A DNA stretch of 63,814 nt, counting the filler, from Bdellovibrionota bacterium (lineage in GTDB: Bacteria; Bdellovibrionota; Bdellovibrionia; Bdellovibrionales; JAEYZS01), in NCBI GenBank assembly GCA_963169515.1. It is 5 parts of 5 records of this genome, joined end to end, with 100 filler letters (N's around TTAATTAATTAA, not from the genome) between each part and the next. Parts side by side here need not be neighbours in the genome. Positions count along the whole stretch, not along the records: positions 1 to 13,020 come from CAUJEF010000048.1; 4 more parts are not named here. The stretch is one strand, 5' to 3'. The position numbers were made by a program, and so were the translations under genes. Below the pieces are notes generated by a model. That model worked only from the letters and a program-made list of their open reading frames with translations, made no database searches and was not told where the DNA came from. Shown piece after piece: positions 1 to 9,854 of the stretch (positions within the stretch are counted from its first letter, which is position 1; each line of letters starts with the position of its first letter).

Positions 1-102
1 CTCGGGTTGGCGATTGTAAAGCATATCATGCAAAAGCACGGTGGCACTGTCACTGTACGCAGCGAACTCGGCAAGGGCATCGAATTCGTATGCCGATTCT
101 AA
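1..102 (+). CDS. Sensor histidine kinase, C-terminal end (partial)
   Basis: Frame 1 reads LGLAIVKHIMQKHGGTVTVRSELGKGIEFVCRF*, the HATPase_c G2 box and terminal motif; runs off the window start. Confidence 0.9.
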   Translation, partial: LGLAIVKHIMQKHGGTVTVRSELGKGIEFVCRF

Positions 103-188
103 GGTACGCCGTTCCCTTTCAGGAGACAGCGCGCCATTTACGCGTGTTTATGGTGCGCTGTCTCCTGAAAGGGAACGGCGTACCTTAG
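99..188. repeat. REPIN-like long palindrome, copy 1
   Basis: 39-bp arms 99-137 and 150-188 with one G.T mismatch and a 12-nt loop; contains core AAGGTACGCCGTTCCCTTTCAGGAGACA shared with copy 2. Confidence 0.9.
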
Positions 189-448
189 GGCGCTCCAGTA
201 ACGATGTCGCCCGCTTTAAGGCCCTGCTTTTCAAAATAAGAACCTTTTTCAATAAAGGTAATTTGGTAACGAGTGCGACCATCAGCTGTTGGGGTTGTTA
301 GTGGCTTCAGTTTGAATTGCTTTAAAAGAGTCGTAACTGGAGTTTTGCCGGCTGTAACTGCTTTTTTCATTACCTCTTGCATATTTATGCCTGCATCCTC
401 GGCAAAGGAAGGGGGCCACAGAAAAAGCATTAAAAGAATGTACCTCAT
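185..448 (-). CDS. Small exported protein ending in a partial PDZ-like motif
   Basis: Signal peptide MRYILLMLFLWPPSFA, GGAG upstream, C-terminus IEKGSYFEKQGLKAGDIVT resembles a PDZ (GspC-like) segment. Confidence 0.6.
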   Translation of the reverse strand: MRYILLMLFLWPPSFAEDAGINMQEVMKKAVTAGKTPVTTLLKQFKLKPLTTPTADGRTRYQITFIEKGSYFEKQGLKAGDIVTGAP

Positions 449-482
449 AAAAAACTCCTTTGAAGCGTTGCCCGATGGCTTA

Positions 483-1463
483 CTAAACCATTTTTACAGT
501 TTGAAAAATTGTGCCGAAAATATTTTTTCCAGAAAGATCATTCATCCAAATTTTAACAGTATCGCCAGCCTTCATAAATGGTGTTTTAATTTTTCCCTCA
601 TTGATCTGTTCAATCATTCTTTTTTCCGCAAGACAGCTTGATCCGCGAGACGCATCTTCGTTGGAAACTGTGCCACTCCCGATGATTGTTCCAGCGGCGA
701 TATTTCGGGTGTAAGAAATGTGTTCAATTAATTTTGCAAAATTAAAAAACATTTCTTTTGCATCGGGATTACCAAAAAATGATCCATTGTATTCGGTGTT
801 AAGTGGTAAGTGGACTCGGCCTTCTTTCCAGGCTGACCCTAATTCATCTGGGGTGACGGCAAAAGGGGCAAAGCTCGACGATGGCTTGGATTGATAAAAT
901 CCAAACCCTCGACTTAATTCTGCGGGTATTAAACCACGCAGAGAAACGTCGTTGATAATGACCAAAAGCTTTATGTGCTTCAATGCGCTTTCCTGTCTTG
1001 TGCCCATTGGAATAAAGTCTGTGATGATGCCAACTTCGCTTTCAAAATCGAGCCCGTGTGATTCATCGATAAGAGGAATGCCTTCACGGGGTGCAAGAAA
1101 GGTATCACCACCACCTTGGTAAACTAATGGGACGTCATACAAATCGTCGGGCAAGGGAGCATTGCGGGCTTTGCGTACGAGCTTGATGTGGTGAACAAAA
1201 GCAGATCCATCGACCCAGTGAAAGGTTCGGGGTAGTGGCGAGTGAAATAGGTTTTCATCTACTGTTTCGGCGTTTTTGATTGAGCTTGAGTTTAGCTGTT
1301 GATAAAGGTCTTGCAGTTGCTTTGAAACAGCATCCCAGTTTTCAAGGGCTTCGCGTACAGATGTTACGATATCATCGATTTTAACGTATTTTGAGTTGTC
1401 GCGACTAACTAAAACAGGAATGCCATCTAATTTTTTCAAGTCCTTCAACGAACCAAACTTCAT
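483..1463 (-). CDS. Fumarylacetoacetate hydrolase family protein
   Basis: Motifs DGSAFVHH, LDFESE, NDVSLR, GSGTVSN; likely start MKFGSLKD at 1463 (ORF extends into the palindrome to 1502). Confidence 0.93.
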   Translation of the reverse strand: MKFGSLKDLKKLDGIPVLVSRDNSKYVKIDDIVTSVREALENWDAVSKQLQDLYQQLNSSSIKNAETVDENLFHSPLPRTFHWVDGSAFVHHIKLVRKARNAPLPDDLYDVPLVYQGGGDTFLAPREGIPLIDESHGLDFESEVGIITDFIPMGTRQESALKHIKLLVIINDVSLRGLIPAELSRGFGFYQSKPSSSFAPFAVTPDELGSAWKEGRVHLPLNTEYNGSFFGNPDAKEMFFNFAKLIEHISYTRNIAAGTIIGSGTVSNEDASRGSSCLAEKRMIEQINEGKIKTPFMKAGDTVKIWMNDLSGKNIFGTIFQTVKMV

Positions 1464-1568
1464 ACCAAAAGGTACGCCGTTCCCTTTCAGGAGACAATGC
1501 ATTATGATCTGTGTCTCAAGGGAATAATGCGTTGTCTCCTGAAAGGGAACGGCGTACCTTTTGGTATG
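1461..1568. repeat. REPIN-like long palindrome, copy 2
   Basis: 45-bp arms 1461-1505 and 1524-1568 with one G.T mismatch and an 18-nt loop; same 28-bp core as copy 1; outer ends are CAT and ATG. Confidence 0.9.
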
Positions 1569-2204
1569 GTTTTGTACAGTTATTTTCGGAGTTCAGCCAG
1601 TTATCGTGTTCGTTGTGCTTTGCACTTAAAGGCGATTGAGTTTGAATATGTTCCTATCCACTTAGTTAAAGAGGGTGGAGAACAATTCAAGCCTGAATAT
1701 AAAATGCTAAACTCAATGTCGCAAGTTCCAACCATTGTGGATGGCGATTTTGTTCTTGCTGAGTCTATGGCGATTATTCAATACATTGATTCAAAATGGA
1801 AAGAGCCACCGCTTTTTCCAAAATCACCTAAGCAATGGGCCCCTATTTTACAGGTCTGTGAAGTGATTAATTCTGGAATGCAGCCCTACCAAAATGCAAT
1901 TGTGATGAGTCGTTTAGAAAAACAATATGGTTTTGACGAAGGCAAACGAACGGAGTGGGTTCGTTTTTTTATGAGCCGTGGTTTAGAGTCTTTAGAGAAG
2001 ATTCTTTCTAAAACGTCTGGAAAATATTGCTTTGGAAATGAAGTCACGGCAGCGGATTGTTTTTTGGTTCCACAAATATTCTCAGCTGATAGATTTAAAG
2101 TTGATGTTGGCCCATACAAAACACTGCAAAAGGTTTACGAAAACTGTGAAAAACTGTCGGCCTTCCAAAATGCTCATCCTTCAAAGCAAGTTGATTTTCA
2201 ATAA
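1566..2204 (+). CDS. maiA: Maleylacetoacetate isomerase (GST zeta class)
   Basis: LYSYFRSSASYRVRCAL, QVPT, ESMAII, ADCFLVPQ, AHPSKQ motifs. Confidence 0.95.
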   Translation: MVLYSYFRSSASYRVRCALHLKAIEFEYVPIHLVKEGGEQFKPEYKMLNSMSQVPTIVDGDFVLAESMAIIQYIDSKWKEPPLFPKSPKQWAPILQVCEVINSGMQPYQNAIVMSRLEKQYGFDEGKRTEWVRFFMSRGLESLEKILSKTSGKYCFGNEVTAADCFLVPQIFSADRFKVDVGPYKTLQKVYENCEKLSAFQNAHPSKQVDFQ

Positions 2205-3218
2205 TTAATTGGACACGATTTCTCCGTCAAAACGGTCTAGCGTATTAGAAAGTTCATCTTGGCATTGAAACGTCATAATCCCATTCAGTGCAGTCAACAA
2301 AGTTTTGAATGGGGTCTTTGTTAGTTTCGTTGTCATAAATAGACGCGTGGAATTTTCAACCGCATCTTCAAGAAGTTTTGAAAAGTGGTTTGCGGAATCG
2401 CAAGAGAAAAAACCGACAATCGCAGGTCGATGTCTTGCGCTCTTCAAAGTTGTTTTTACTTTCTCGATGTTTTCCTTGCTTGCTTTACCTGCGTACGGGA
2501 AAAAATCAGGCCCACTTCCTTTTCTGGAATGTCCCAAATACAATACGACATTTTTAAAATTTAGCGCGTCGTAATAAAGTCGGTGTGCTTCCATGGATCG
2601 GTCGTCCTGTTCATTTTTTCTTGCTTGCCGATTGTTCCGATCTAGGGGCGTTACGCTGCTCGCTGTAATTGCCAAAACCACTCGGCGCGTTTCTGCATTA
2701 GGCATGGTAAGCTCTTTTACGAGGAGCGATTTTCCTGGCCCGTCAAAAGAATTCGAAATAGCTTCAAACCCACAGAGTTGGTGCACAGGGGTTGTGTTCG
2801 AGTACAGCAGTCTTGAGGTGCGACATGGTTTGATCAGCCATTCATTAAGAATTTCAAATGCAATGAGATCCTCAGTTAAGCCCGTTTTGTTTTTCAAATC
2901 ATCGATGTACCCGATGGCAATATGCAAATAAACGTCACCAGAGTCGTTTGGGCTTTGTAATACGCCTTGATATTGCTCTGGGCAGGTTCGCGGCTGTTGC
3001 TTTGTACGTAACACATCTTCGGTCTTTTCAGAGACCACACCGATCACTTCCCTAGCTTGAGCGTCATAGTTTGAAAAATTGTTGTCATATATTTTTTGTT
3101 GTTCGGGGGATAGCCCGGGAGAAACTTGTATGTTTTCTGAAGCATTAGCGACCAGAGCTAAAAATAGAATGGCCAGAGCAGCTATAATTTTACTTAAACT
3201 CACGTTTTTCATAGTCAT
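2205..3218 (-). CDS. Secreted hypothetical protein, possible clan CD-like His/Cys peptidase fold
   Basis: Signal peptide; VVLYLGHSRKG and IVGFFSCDS motifs. Confidence 0.6.
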   Translation of the reverse strand: MTMKNVSLSKIIAALAILFLALVANASENIQVSPGLSPEQQKIYDNNFSNYDAQAREVIGVVSEKTEDVLRTKQQPRTCPEQYQGVLQSPNDSGDVYLHIAIGYIDDLKNKTGLTEDLIAFEILNEWLIKPCRTSRLLYSNTTPVHQLCGFEAISNSFDGPGKSLLVKELTMPNAETRRVVLAITASSVTPLDRNNRQARKNEQDDRSMEAHRLYYDALNFKNVVLYLGHSRKGSGPDFFPYAGKASKENIEKVKTTLKSARHRPAIVGFFSCDSANHFSKLLEDAVENSTRLFMTTKLTKTPFKTLLTALNGIMTFQCQDELSNTLDRFDGEIVSN

Positions 3219-3306
3219 TTCACAAAGCCTAATAGTTGTACATTTGCCCGTTTTGGGGCCCAAGAGGACCCGTTATACGTTCTCTTGTGTTGTTATCTCC
3301 TCACAA

Positions 3307-3322
3307 AGCAAACTCAGTGCCG
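3307..3322 (-). promoter_or_regulatory. Putative sigma54 promoter
   Basis: Minus strand CGGCACTGAGTTTGCT, GG-N10-GC, upstream of 2205..3218. Confidence 0.6.
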
Positions 3323-3474
3323 TCCATCAAGGGTACGGAGCGGCAAATTTTAAATGTGGCCTGTTATTTCAATAGGATACCTCGTCTACCTAGGCGTTGG
3401 TCCAAGGTCGCTCCTTGAACGTACTTAAAAGGTGGACTACAAGTCTTCGAAACGAAAAAAGGAAACCCCCCATT

Positions 3475-3936
3475 ATGAAACGAAATAGCATTGCGTTTGA
3501 TCTCAATAAGTCAAACCTTGGAAAACTTGTTCTCGTCTATCTGAGCCTTCTCATTGCATTTTTGATTTCAAGCTTGGCCCAAGCCAGTTATGAGTGCTCT
3601 CTTGTTCGTCAGCTGTATGATCAGTTGGCGTGCTACAATCAGTCGGGTGGCGCACCAGGGGGGGCTCTTGGCGCAAATCAACCGATTCCAGACAACCAAT
3701 TTCTGATTTCTTCAGAGTTCGGCCCATCACTTTGCAAGGCAAAACAGACTCTTGATCCAGTTCGAAAAGAGTTGAAGGCAGAATGCGAAACTTGGATGAA
3801 AGAGCGCAAAACGGATCTTGGTGTAAATTATCTCACGGGAACGTGTGAAGAAAAACAAGACCCATGTAATGGCGGATTGGTGCGGTTGACCGTAAGGGGC
3901 CTTGTTCATTATTCTAAAGCTGCTGTCACAAAATAA
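3475..3936 (+). CDS. Secreted cysteine-containing hypothetical protein
   Basis: Hydrophobic N-terminus ending LAQA, six Cys in mature part. Confidence 0.7.
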   Translation: MKRNSIAFDLNKSNLGKLVLVYLSLLIAFLISSLAQASYECSLVRQLYDQLACYNQSGGAPGGALGANQPIPDNQFLISSEFGPSLCKAKQTLDPVRKELKAECETWMKERKTDLGVNYLTGTCEEKQDPCNGGLVRLTVRGLVHYSKAAVTK

Positions 3937-3953
3937 AATCATTACGGGAGTAT

Positions 3954-5009
3954 TTGGTGAGCTTGGATATTCCCCCATACCAAAAAAATTTTGCATCTGA
4001 TAACAACTCAGGGGTTCATCCTGAAATTTTAAAAGCTATTGAGTCCGTTAATATTGGGCATGCTCCAGCTTATGGCGGAGATCCAGTCACAGAACAAGGG
4101 CAGGAAGTGTTTAAAAAACACTTCGGTAACAACATTGATGTTTATTTTGTTTTTAATGGAACGGCATCTAATGTCATAAGCTTAAAATCACTTTTAAAGT
4201 CTTACGAGTCTGTAATTTGCTCTGATACATCTCATTTAAACATAGACGAATGTGGCGCCCCGGAAGCAATTGGTGGGTTTAAATTGATTACCGTTTCCAC
4301 TCGAGATGGGAAACTAAGTCTCAAGGAAATCGAAAAAAAATATATTCGTTTGGGCGATCAGCACTATTCTCAGCCGCGAGCAATTTCATTAACTCAACCC
4401 ACGGAGTTGGGCACGGTCTACACGGCGGGAGAAATAGAATCAATAACCAAATGGGCGCACGAACGAAATATGTTTGTTCATATTGATGGCGCCCGTTTTG
4501 CCAATGCTGTTTATACGCTTAAAACAGATTTTAAAAAATTGAGCTCTGATTTGGGCGTGGACGTTTTATCTTTAGGTGGGACAAAAAATGGATTGCTATT
4601 TGGCGAAGCAATCGTGTTTTTTAATTCAGAGCTATCGGAAGAATTTAAATTTGTACGCAAACAATCCATGCAACTACCATCAAAAATGCGCTTCTTGGCG
4701 GCCCAGTTCCATGCCTATTTATCCACCGATTTGTGGTATCGAATCGCAAAAAATTCGTGTGATCGCGCACAGGAGCTGGCGCAAAAGTTAAAAGAGCTGC
4801 CCGAAGTAAAAATTACCCAACCTGTGCAGTCCAACGGTGTTTTTGCTGAGTTTCCTCGAACGTGGATAAAGCCGCTAAAAGAAAAATATTTTTTTTATAT
4901 TTGGAACGAAGAAACTTTCGAGGCTCGTTGGATGTGTAGCTTCGATACCTTGTCTGAAGATGTCGAAGCTTTCGTTGGGGAAATGAAAAAGCTAAGGGTC
5001 CAGTCCTAA
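3954..5009 (+). CDS. ltaE: Low-specificity L-threonine aldolase
   Basis: [29 protein letters not shown] (PLP lysine). Confidence 0.92.
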   Translation: MVSLDIPPYQKNFASDNNSGVHPEILKAIESVNIGHAPAYGGDPVTEQGQEVFKKHFGNNIDVYFVFNGTASNVISLKSLLKSYESVICSDTSHLNIDECGAPEAIGGFKLITVSTRDGKLSLKEIEKKYIRLGDQHYSQPRAISLTQPTELGTVYTAGEIESITKWAHERNMFVHIDGARFANAVYTLKTDFKKLSSDLGVDVLSLGGTKNGLLFGEAIVFFNSELSEEFKFVRKQSMQLPSKMRFLAAQFHAYLSTDLWYRIAKNSCDRAQELAQKLKELPEVKITQPVQSNGVFAEFPRTWIKPLKEKYFFYIWNEETFEARWMCSFDTLSEDVEAFVGEMKKLRVQS

Positions 5010-7888
5010 GATTTTTTTGTATCGCTAAAAAAATCGTCGCAGGTGCAAAAAAGATTTTTATCTCCGCGAGCGTTATCGATCCGAGCCACTGCGGGCCAGA
5101 ATTTATTTTGTTTTACCCATGCGATTGGAAATGCCGCTTGTTCGCGCGTATAGCTGCGGTTCCACTCGCTTCGAGTAACATCTTCTGCCGTGTGGGGAGC
5201 CATTTTCACAACTTCTGGATTTTTATATGCTTCGTCTTTTATCGCAATAATCGCTTCACAAAAACGATCGAGTTCGGCTTTTGATTCGCTTTCAGTTGGT
5301 TCGATCATAAATGTTCCAACTACCGGAAACGACATCGTTGGGGCATGGAATCCATAGTCCATCAAACGTTTTGCAATGTCTTCAACAGAAACATTTGTTT
5401 CCGCCGTTAATTTTCTACAATCAATTATACATTCGTGTGCGACGAGCCCATTTTTTCCACGATATAAAATTGGAAAATGGCTTTCTAGTTTTTTTACAAT
5501 ATAGTTCGCGTTTAAAATTGCAATTTGAGTAGCCTTTTTTAAGCCTGTGGGCCCCATCATCGCAATGTACATATATGGGATTGGCAGAATGCTTGGGCTT
5601 CCCCATGGGACAGAAGAGATCGCTCCGATTGCCTGGTTTGTTCCCATTCCCATTGTTTTGTGACCCGGTAAAAATACTGCCAGGTGCTTTGCGACCGCAA
5701 TGGGTCCCATTCCTGGGCCGCCACCACCGTGAGGGATGCAAAATGTCTTGTGAAGGTTTACATGACATACATCGGCTCCAAAATCGCCCGGACGACTGAT
5801 GCTCACCATTGCATTTAGATTTGCTCCGTCCAAGTACACTTGACCACCGTTATCGTGGACGATTTTGCAAATCTTTTTAATATCTTCTTCAAACACGCCG
5901 TGGGTGGATGGGTAAGTGATCATAATCGCAGCGAGGCTTGCTTTGTTAGCGTCCGCTTTTGTTTGTAAATCAGAAACGTCCACATTTCCATTTTCGTCGC
6001 ACCGTACTGGCACGACTTTCATTCCGGCCATGACAGCACTCGCAGGATTTGTGCCGTGTGCAGAGGTCGGGATCAAACACACATTACGATTTTTTTCGCC
6101 TCGGGATTCATGATATTTTTTTATCACAAGAAGGCCAGCATACTCACCTTGAGAACCTGCATTAGGCTGTAATGATGTCGCAGAAAATCCCGTAATTTCT
6201 GATAGCCAACCTTCGAGGTTGGTAATCATTTCAACATAACCCTGTGCTTGCTCAAGCGGTATGAACGGATGCAAATCCCCCACAGAGCTCCAGGACACGG
6301 GAATCATTTCAGAGGTCGCATTGAGCTTCATCGTGCATGATCCCAGGGGGATCATCGAGTGTGCGAGGGACAGGTCTTTGTTTTGAAGTTGTTTAATGTA
6401 GCGAAGCATTTCCGTTTCAGAGGAATGGGTATTGAATATGGGTTGAGTTAAAAATTTTGTTTGTCGGCGAAGATCCAATGGGATTTGTTCGTCTGCGAGA
6501 TCTTTTACTTCAAGATCAACGTCGCGCCCATGGTTAAATGCGCGCAGCAAAGCTTCGATATCTTCAATTGTTGTGGACTCGTCAATGGAAACGCCGATTG
6601 TCGTGTTTGAAAAGTAACGAACATTGATTTTTTCAGTCAGCAACAGAGTGCGTGGAGAATTTTTGAATTCAAGTTTCAAAGTATCAAAATAGTTAGAATG
6701 TAAAACTTTTATCCCTAATTTTTTAGATGCTTGCGCCAATGCGTGGGTTAACGAATGCACACGCAATGCAATTGAAAGCAGACCTTTAGGGCCATGATAA
6801 ACAGCATAGAAACTTGCCATAATTGCAAGCAGCACTTGCGCTGTACAAATATTGCTAGTCGCTTTGTCGCGGCGAATGTGCTGTTCGCGCGTTTGCAAAG
6901 CCAGGCGAACAGCTTTGCGCCCATCCCGATCTACAGACACGCCTACGAGACGTCCTGGCATTTTGCGTTTATATTCATCTTTCGTTGCAAAGTAAGCGGC
7001 GTGGGGGCCGCCATATCCGAGAGGCACACCAAAGCGTTGAGTGCTTCCAACAACAACATCAGCCCCCCATTCGCCTGGCGGTTTTAAAAGTGTAAGTGAT
7101 AGCAAATCAGCTGCGACGCACATCAGGGCGTCGTTTTCATGTAATTTTGCAGATAGCATTTCATAGTTTTCAACTCGTCCGTCGGTTGTTGGGTATTGCA
7201 CAAGACCAGCGAAAACAGTTTTGTCTAATTGTTTTGTCCAAGTTTCAGGCGAGCTGATTTCGACTTTGATCCCCAAGGGTTCGGCACGTGTCAATATCAC
7301 TTCGATTGTTTGTGGATGGCAATCTGCCGATACTAAAAACACATTCTTTTCGGCTTCGCCTTTCACGCTGTAGGCAAGCCCCATCGCTTCTGCAGCAGCA
7401 GTGGCTTCGTCTAACAAAGATGCATTTGCGATTTCCATTTTCGTAAGCTCAGTAACAATAGTTTGAAAATTTAAAAGTGCCTCGAGGCGCCCTTGCGAAA
7501 TTTCAGCTTGGTAGGGGGTGTATTGTGTGTACCAGCTTGGGTTTTCCAAAACATTTCGCTGGATCACAGCGGGGACAAGCGTTCCGTAATATCCCATTCC
7601 GATAAAGTTTCTAAAAATTTGATTTTTGTTAAAAACCTTCTTAAGGTGTGACAGAGCTTGGGCTTCACTTTTTGCTTTTGGTAAATCGAGTACGCCCTTC
7701 ATTCGAATTTCGGCAGGAACTGTTTTGTCGATTAAATCGTCTAGGCTTTTCAAGTTTAATAGCTGAAGCATCTCACGCTGGTCGTTTTCAGAAATCCCAA
7801 TGTGTCGATTAACAAATGCTTCGGTGTTGTTTGAGCTCGTTTGACTTGTTTTCAAGGGTGCCCCCTTAGATGTTGTCTGAATTTCCAT
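5006..7888 (-). CDS. gcvP: Glycine dehydrogenase (decarboxylating), single-chain P protein
   Basis: [38 protein letters not shown] motifs; 960 aa. Confidence 0.98.
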   Translation of the reverse strand: MEIQTTSKGAPLKTSQTSSNNTEAFVNRHIGISENDQREMLQLLNLKSLDDLIDKTVPAEIRMKGVLDLPKAKSEAQALSHLKKVFNKNQIFRNFIGMGYYGTLVPAVIQRNVLENPSWYTQYTPYQAEISQGRLEALLNFQTIVTELTKMEIANASLLDEATAAAEAMGLAYSVKGEAEKNVFLVSADCHPQTIEVILTRAEPLGIKVEISSPETWTKQLDKTVFAGLVQYPTTDGRVENYEMLSAKLHENDALMCVAADLLSLTLLKPPGEWGADVVVGSTQRFGVPLGYGGPHAAYFATKDEYKRKMPGRLVGVSVDRDGRKAVRLALQTREQHIRRDKATSNICTAQVLLAIMASFYAVYHGPKGLLSIALRVHSLTHALAQASKKLGIKVLHSNYFDTLKLEFKNSPRTLLLTEKINVRYFSNTTIGVSIDESTTIEDIEALLRAFNHGRDVDLEVKDLADEQIPLDLRRQTKFLTQPIFNTHSSETEMLRYIKQLQNKDLSLAHSMIPLGSCTMKLNATSEMIPVSWSSVGDLHPFIPLEQAQGYVEMITNLEGWLSEITGFSATSLQPNAGSQGEYAGLLVIKKYHESRGEKNRNVCLIPTSAHGTNPASAVMAGMKVVPVRCDENGNVDVSDLQTKADANKASLAAIMITYPSTHGVFEEDIKKICKIVHDNGGQVYLDGANLNAMVSISRPGDFGADVCHVNLHKTFCIPHGGGGPGMGPIAVAKHLAVFLPGHKTMGMGTNQAIGAISSVPWGSPSILPIPYMYIAMMGPTGLKKATQIAILNANYIVKKLESHFPILYRGKNGLVAHECIIDCRKLTAETNVSVEDIAKRLMDYGFHAPTMSFPVVGTFMIEPTESESKAELDRFCEAIIAIKDEAYKNPEVVKMAPHTAEDVTRSEWNRSYTREQAAFPIAWVKQNKFWPAVARIDNARGDKNLFCTCDDFFSDTKKS

Positions 7889-7954
7889 AATCCACCCAAT
7901 TTTGTGGAGACCATATCAGTTTTGAGTAAGCTCTGTATATAACACGACGCAAAA

Positions 7955-8866
7955 TTACAAGAGCAGTTTGCCTTGGACGGACCCCTTTTCCGACATTTTA
8001 TCAAGTATAAATTGATTCGTTTTCATTTTATACCGTGTCCATTCCGGCGCAACGAGTTCATCCCACCGACTTGAAACAGCGCCCAAGCGTTGAACTGCTA
8101 TTTGCGGCGACAAATGCTCTAAAAACAATCGAACACGCTCAGCATAAGTGTTCAAATCCAGGGGTTGAAATTTTCCATCTAAATAATATTTTTCAAGGGT
8201 AGTGTTTTTTAAAATATGCAGGTTGTGAAGTTTTACATTATGTATTGGCAAACGATTTGAGATTTGGGCCAGCTCTACGATGTCCTTGTCGGTCTCGCCA
8301 GGATTCCCCAAAATATAGTGAAGGCCAACATCGACACCGATACTGCTAATTTTTTCAATTGCATCCATCGAACATCTGGAATCGTGCCCGCGTTTCAAAA
8401 AATCTAAAAAAATATCGTTAAAGGTTTGAACCCCCAATTCAACAGAGAGATATGTTCTTTTTGAAATATTCGACCATAAATCAAGGAGCCCCTGTGAAAT
8501 ACAATCGGGCCGTGTCCCAACAACAATACCAACAACGTCTTTGTGTTCGAGCGCGGCTTCATAATAGGCTTCTAGCTTTTTAACAGCGACAAAGGTATTT
8601 GTATAAGATTGAAAGTAAACTAAAAATTTATTGGCGTGGTATTTACGGCGCAGATGTTCCATTAGCGCAGTAATTTGGGTATTGAGTTCATCATCCCGAA
8701 TTTCAGGGTAAGCTGCCGAACCCCACACATCGCAGAACACGCACGTCTGCATCCCTTTAAGGCCTAGGCGATTCGGGCAAGTGTCGGCAACAGAAACAGA
8801 AATTTTCTGCACCTTTTCGCCAAATTTTTTCTTGTAGAATTCGCTGATTGAGTAGTACGGTTTCAC
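7955..8866 (-). CDS. TIGR01212 family radical SAM protein (YhcC/YtqA-like)
   Basis: TCPNR...CVFC cluster motif, YFQSYTNT, GTRPDC, ELGVQT, KLHNLH; start uncertain (GTG ~8866). Confidence 0.9.
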   Translation of the reverse strand: MKPYYSISEFYKKKFGEKVQKISVSVADTCPNRLGLKGMQTCVFCDVWGSAAYPEIRDDELNTQITALMEHLRRKYHANKFLVYFQSYTNTFVAVKKLEAYYEAALEHKDVVGIVVGTRPDCISQGLLDLWSNISKRTYLSVELGVQTFNDIFLDFLKRGHDSRCSMDAIEKISSIGVDVGLHYILGNPGETDKDIVELAQISNRLPIHNVKLHNLHILKNTTLEKYYLDGKFQPLDLNTYAERVRLFLEHLSPQIAVQRLGAVSSRWDELVAPEWTRYKMKTNQFILDKMSEKGSVQGKLLL

Positions 8867-8941
8867 CAACACCGTATATAGTTCATAGTTGAGTTTAGAG
8901 CAAACGGACTTTGAGGGGCAAATAGACTTTTTGAAGAGCAA

Positions 8942-9646
8942 ATGAGTTTTGATAAAAACATTGAGCTAATTTTGACGGGCGATGGATCGCCAACGGCGCG
9001 GCATTTATTCAATAGCATTCCGGGCGAGGCTATGCACCACACGGACGGAGCATTGTCTGAAACATTATATATTTATGGGCCGGCTATTGATTTTGCGTTT
9101 AAAAACCAAAATGTTCCTCAGATTTTGTCGGTTGGGTTGGGTCTTGGGTATAATGAATTGTTAACAATGGCCCATAGTTTAAAAAGCCAAAGACCGTTTC
9201 AAATGGAATCTTTAGAATCAGATGTGAATTTGCAAAGTGCTTTCATGGAGTTTTTAGATGGGGCAGGCTACGAGCACTACGAGCTTATTTTAAAAGGGAT
9301 TGCTAACGCGTCGGCAGTTGAGCCAATGGCGATCCGTAACGGCCTGAAAAACGCATTATTAAAAAAAACATGGGTCTTGAATGGGCCACTAAACGAAAAA
9401 ACACGATTTACAAAAACATTTCATGCGATCTTATATGATCTGTACAGCTCGAACACTGTGGCAGAGTTATGGACGGAAGAATTCCTAACAGACTTCGTAC
9501 AAAGAGCTGCCGATCCAAATTGTGTATTTGCAACCTATGCAGCAAAGGGGAATTTGCGGCGCGCTTTAGAAAGTAATGGATTTAAGGTTGAGCGTAAAAT
9601 TGGGTTTTCGGGCAAGAGCGAATCTATTTTTGCTTTTCGTACCTGA
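8942..9646 (+). CDS. Stand-alone MnmC-type (MnmD) tRNA methyltransferase domain
   Basis: TGDGSPT, GALSETLYIY, VGLGLGYN, ELWTEEF, FATYAAKGNLRRAL, GFSGK motifs; no FAD oxidase domain. Confidence 0.8.
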   Translation: MSFDKNIELILTGDGSPTARHLFNSIPGEAMHHTDGALSETLYIYGPAIDFAFKNQNVPQILSVGLGLGYNELLTMAHSLKSQRPFQMESLESDVNLQSAFMEFLDGAGYEHYELILKGIANASAVEPMAIRNGLKNALLKKTWVLNGPLNEKTRFTKTFHAILYDLYSSNTVAELWTEEFLTDFVQRAADPNCVFATYAAKGNLRRALESNGFKVERKIGFSGKSESIFAFRT

Positions 9647-9659
9647 GACATCAAACTCG

Positions 9660-9763
9660 CGGGGGTAAGGATCAAGAAAAGTTAGAATCCTGCGAGATGG
9701 CGGCAGGCCTGGTTTTTAAGAGCTTTTCTGGAAGTTTGCTTTGGCATCTTGATCCATCCCCCG
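9660..9763. repeat. Imperfect long hairpin between convergent genes
   Basis: CGGGGG-TAA-GGATCAAGA ... TCTTGATCC-AT-CCCCCG. Confidence 0.55.
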
Positions 9764-9854
9764 TATTGAACCTAGATATATCAAGAATAGCCATTATTTA
9801 AAAATCGTATGATTTGATGATCGCTATAAGAATAATTTGTGTAATAAGATTATT

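Noticed and set aside
41..301. 86-aa ORF spanning palindrome 1
   Set aside because: Overlaps the kinase end in another frame and the opposite-strand gene; no recognisable protein features
99..1568. Palindromes as a CRISPR array or integron attC sites
   Set aside because: Arms are inverted, not direct repeats with spacers; ends are CTAAG/CTTAG rather than RYYYAAC/GTTRRRY; no cas or IntI gene seen
3954..7888. ltaE convergent with gcvP; possible glycine riboswitch
   Set aside because: Metabolically sensible but ordinary; only about 65 bp upstream of gcvP and no riboswitch motif seen
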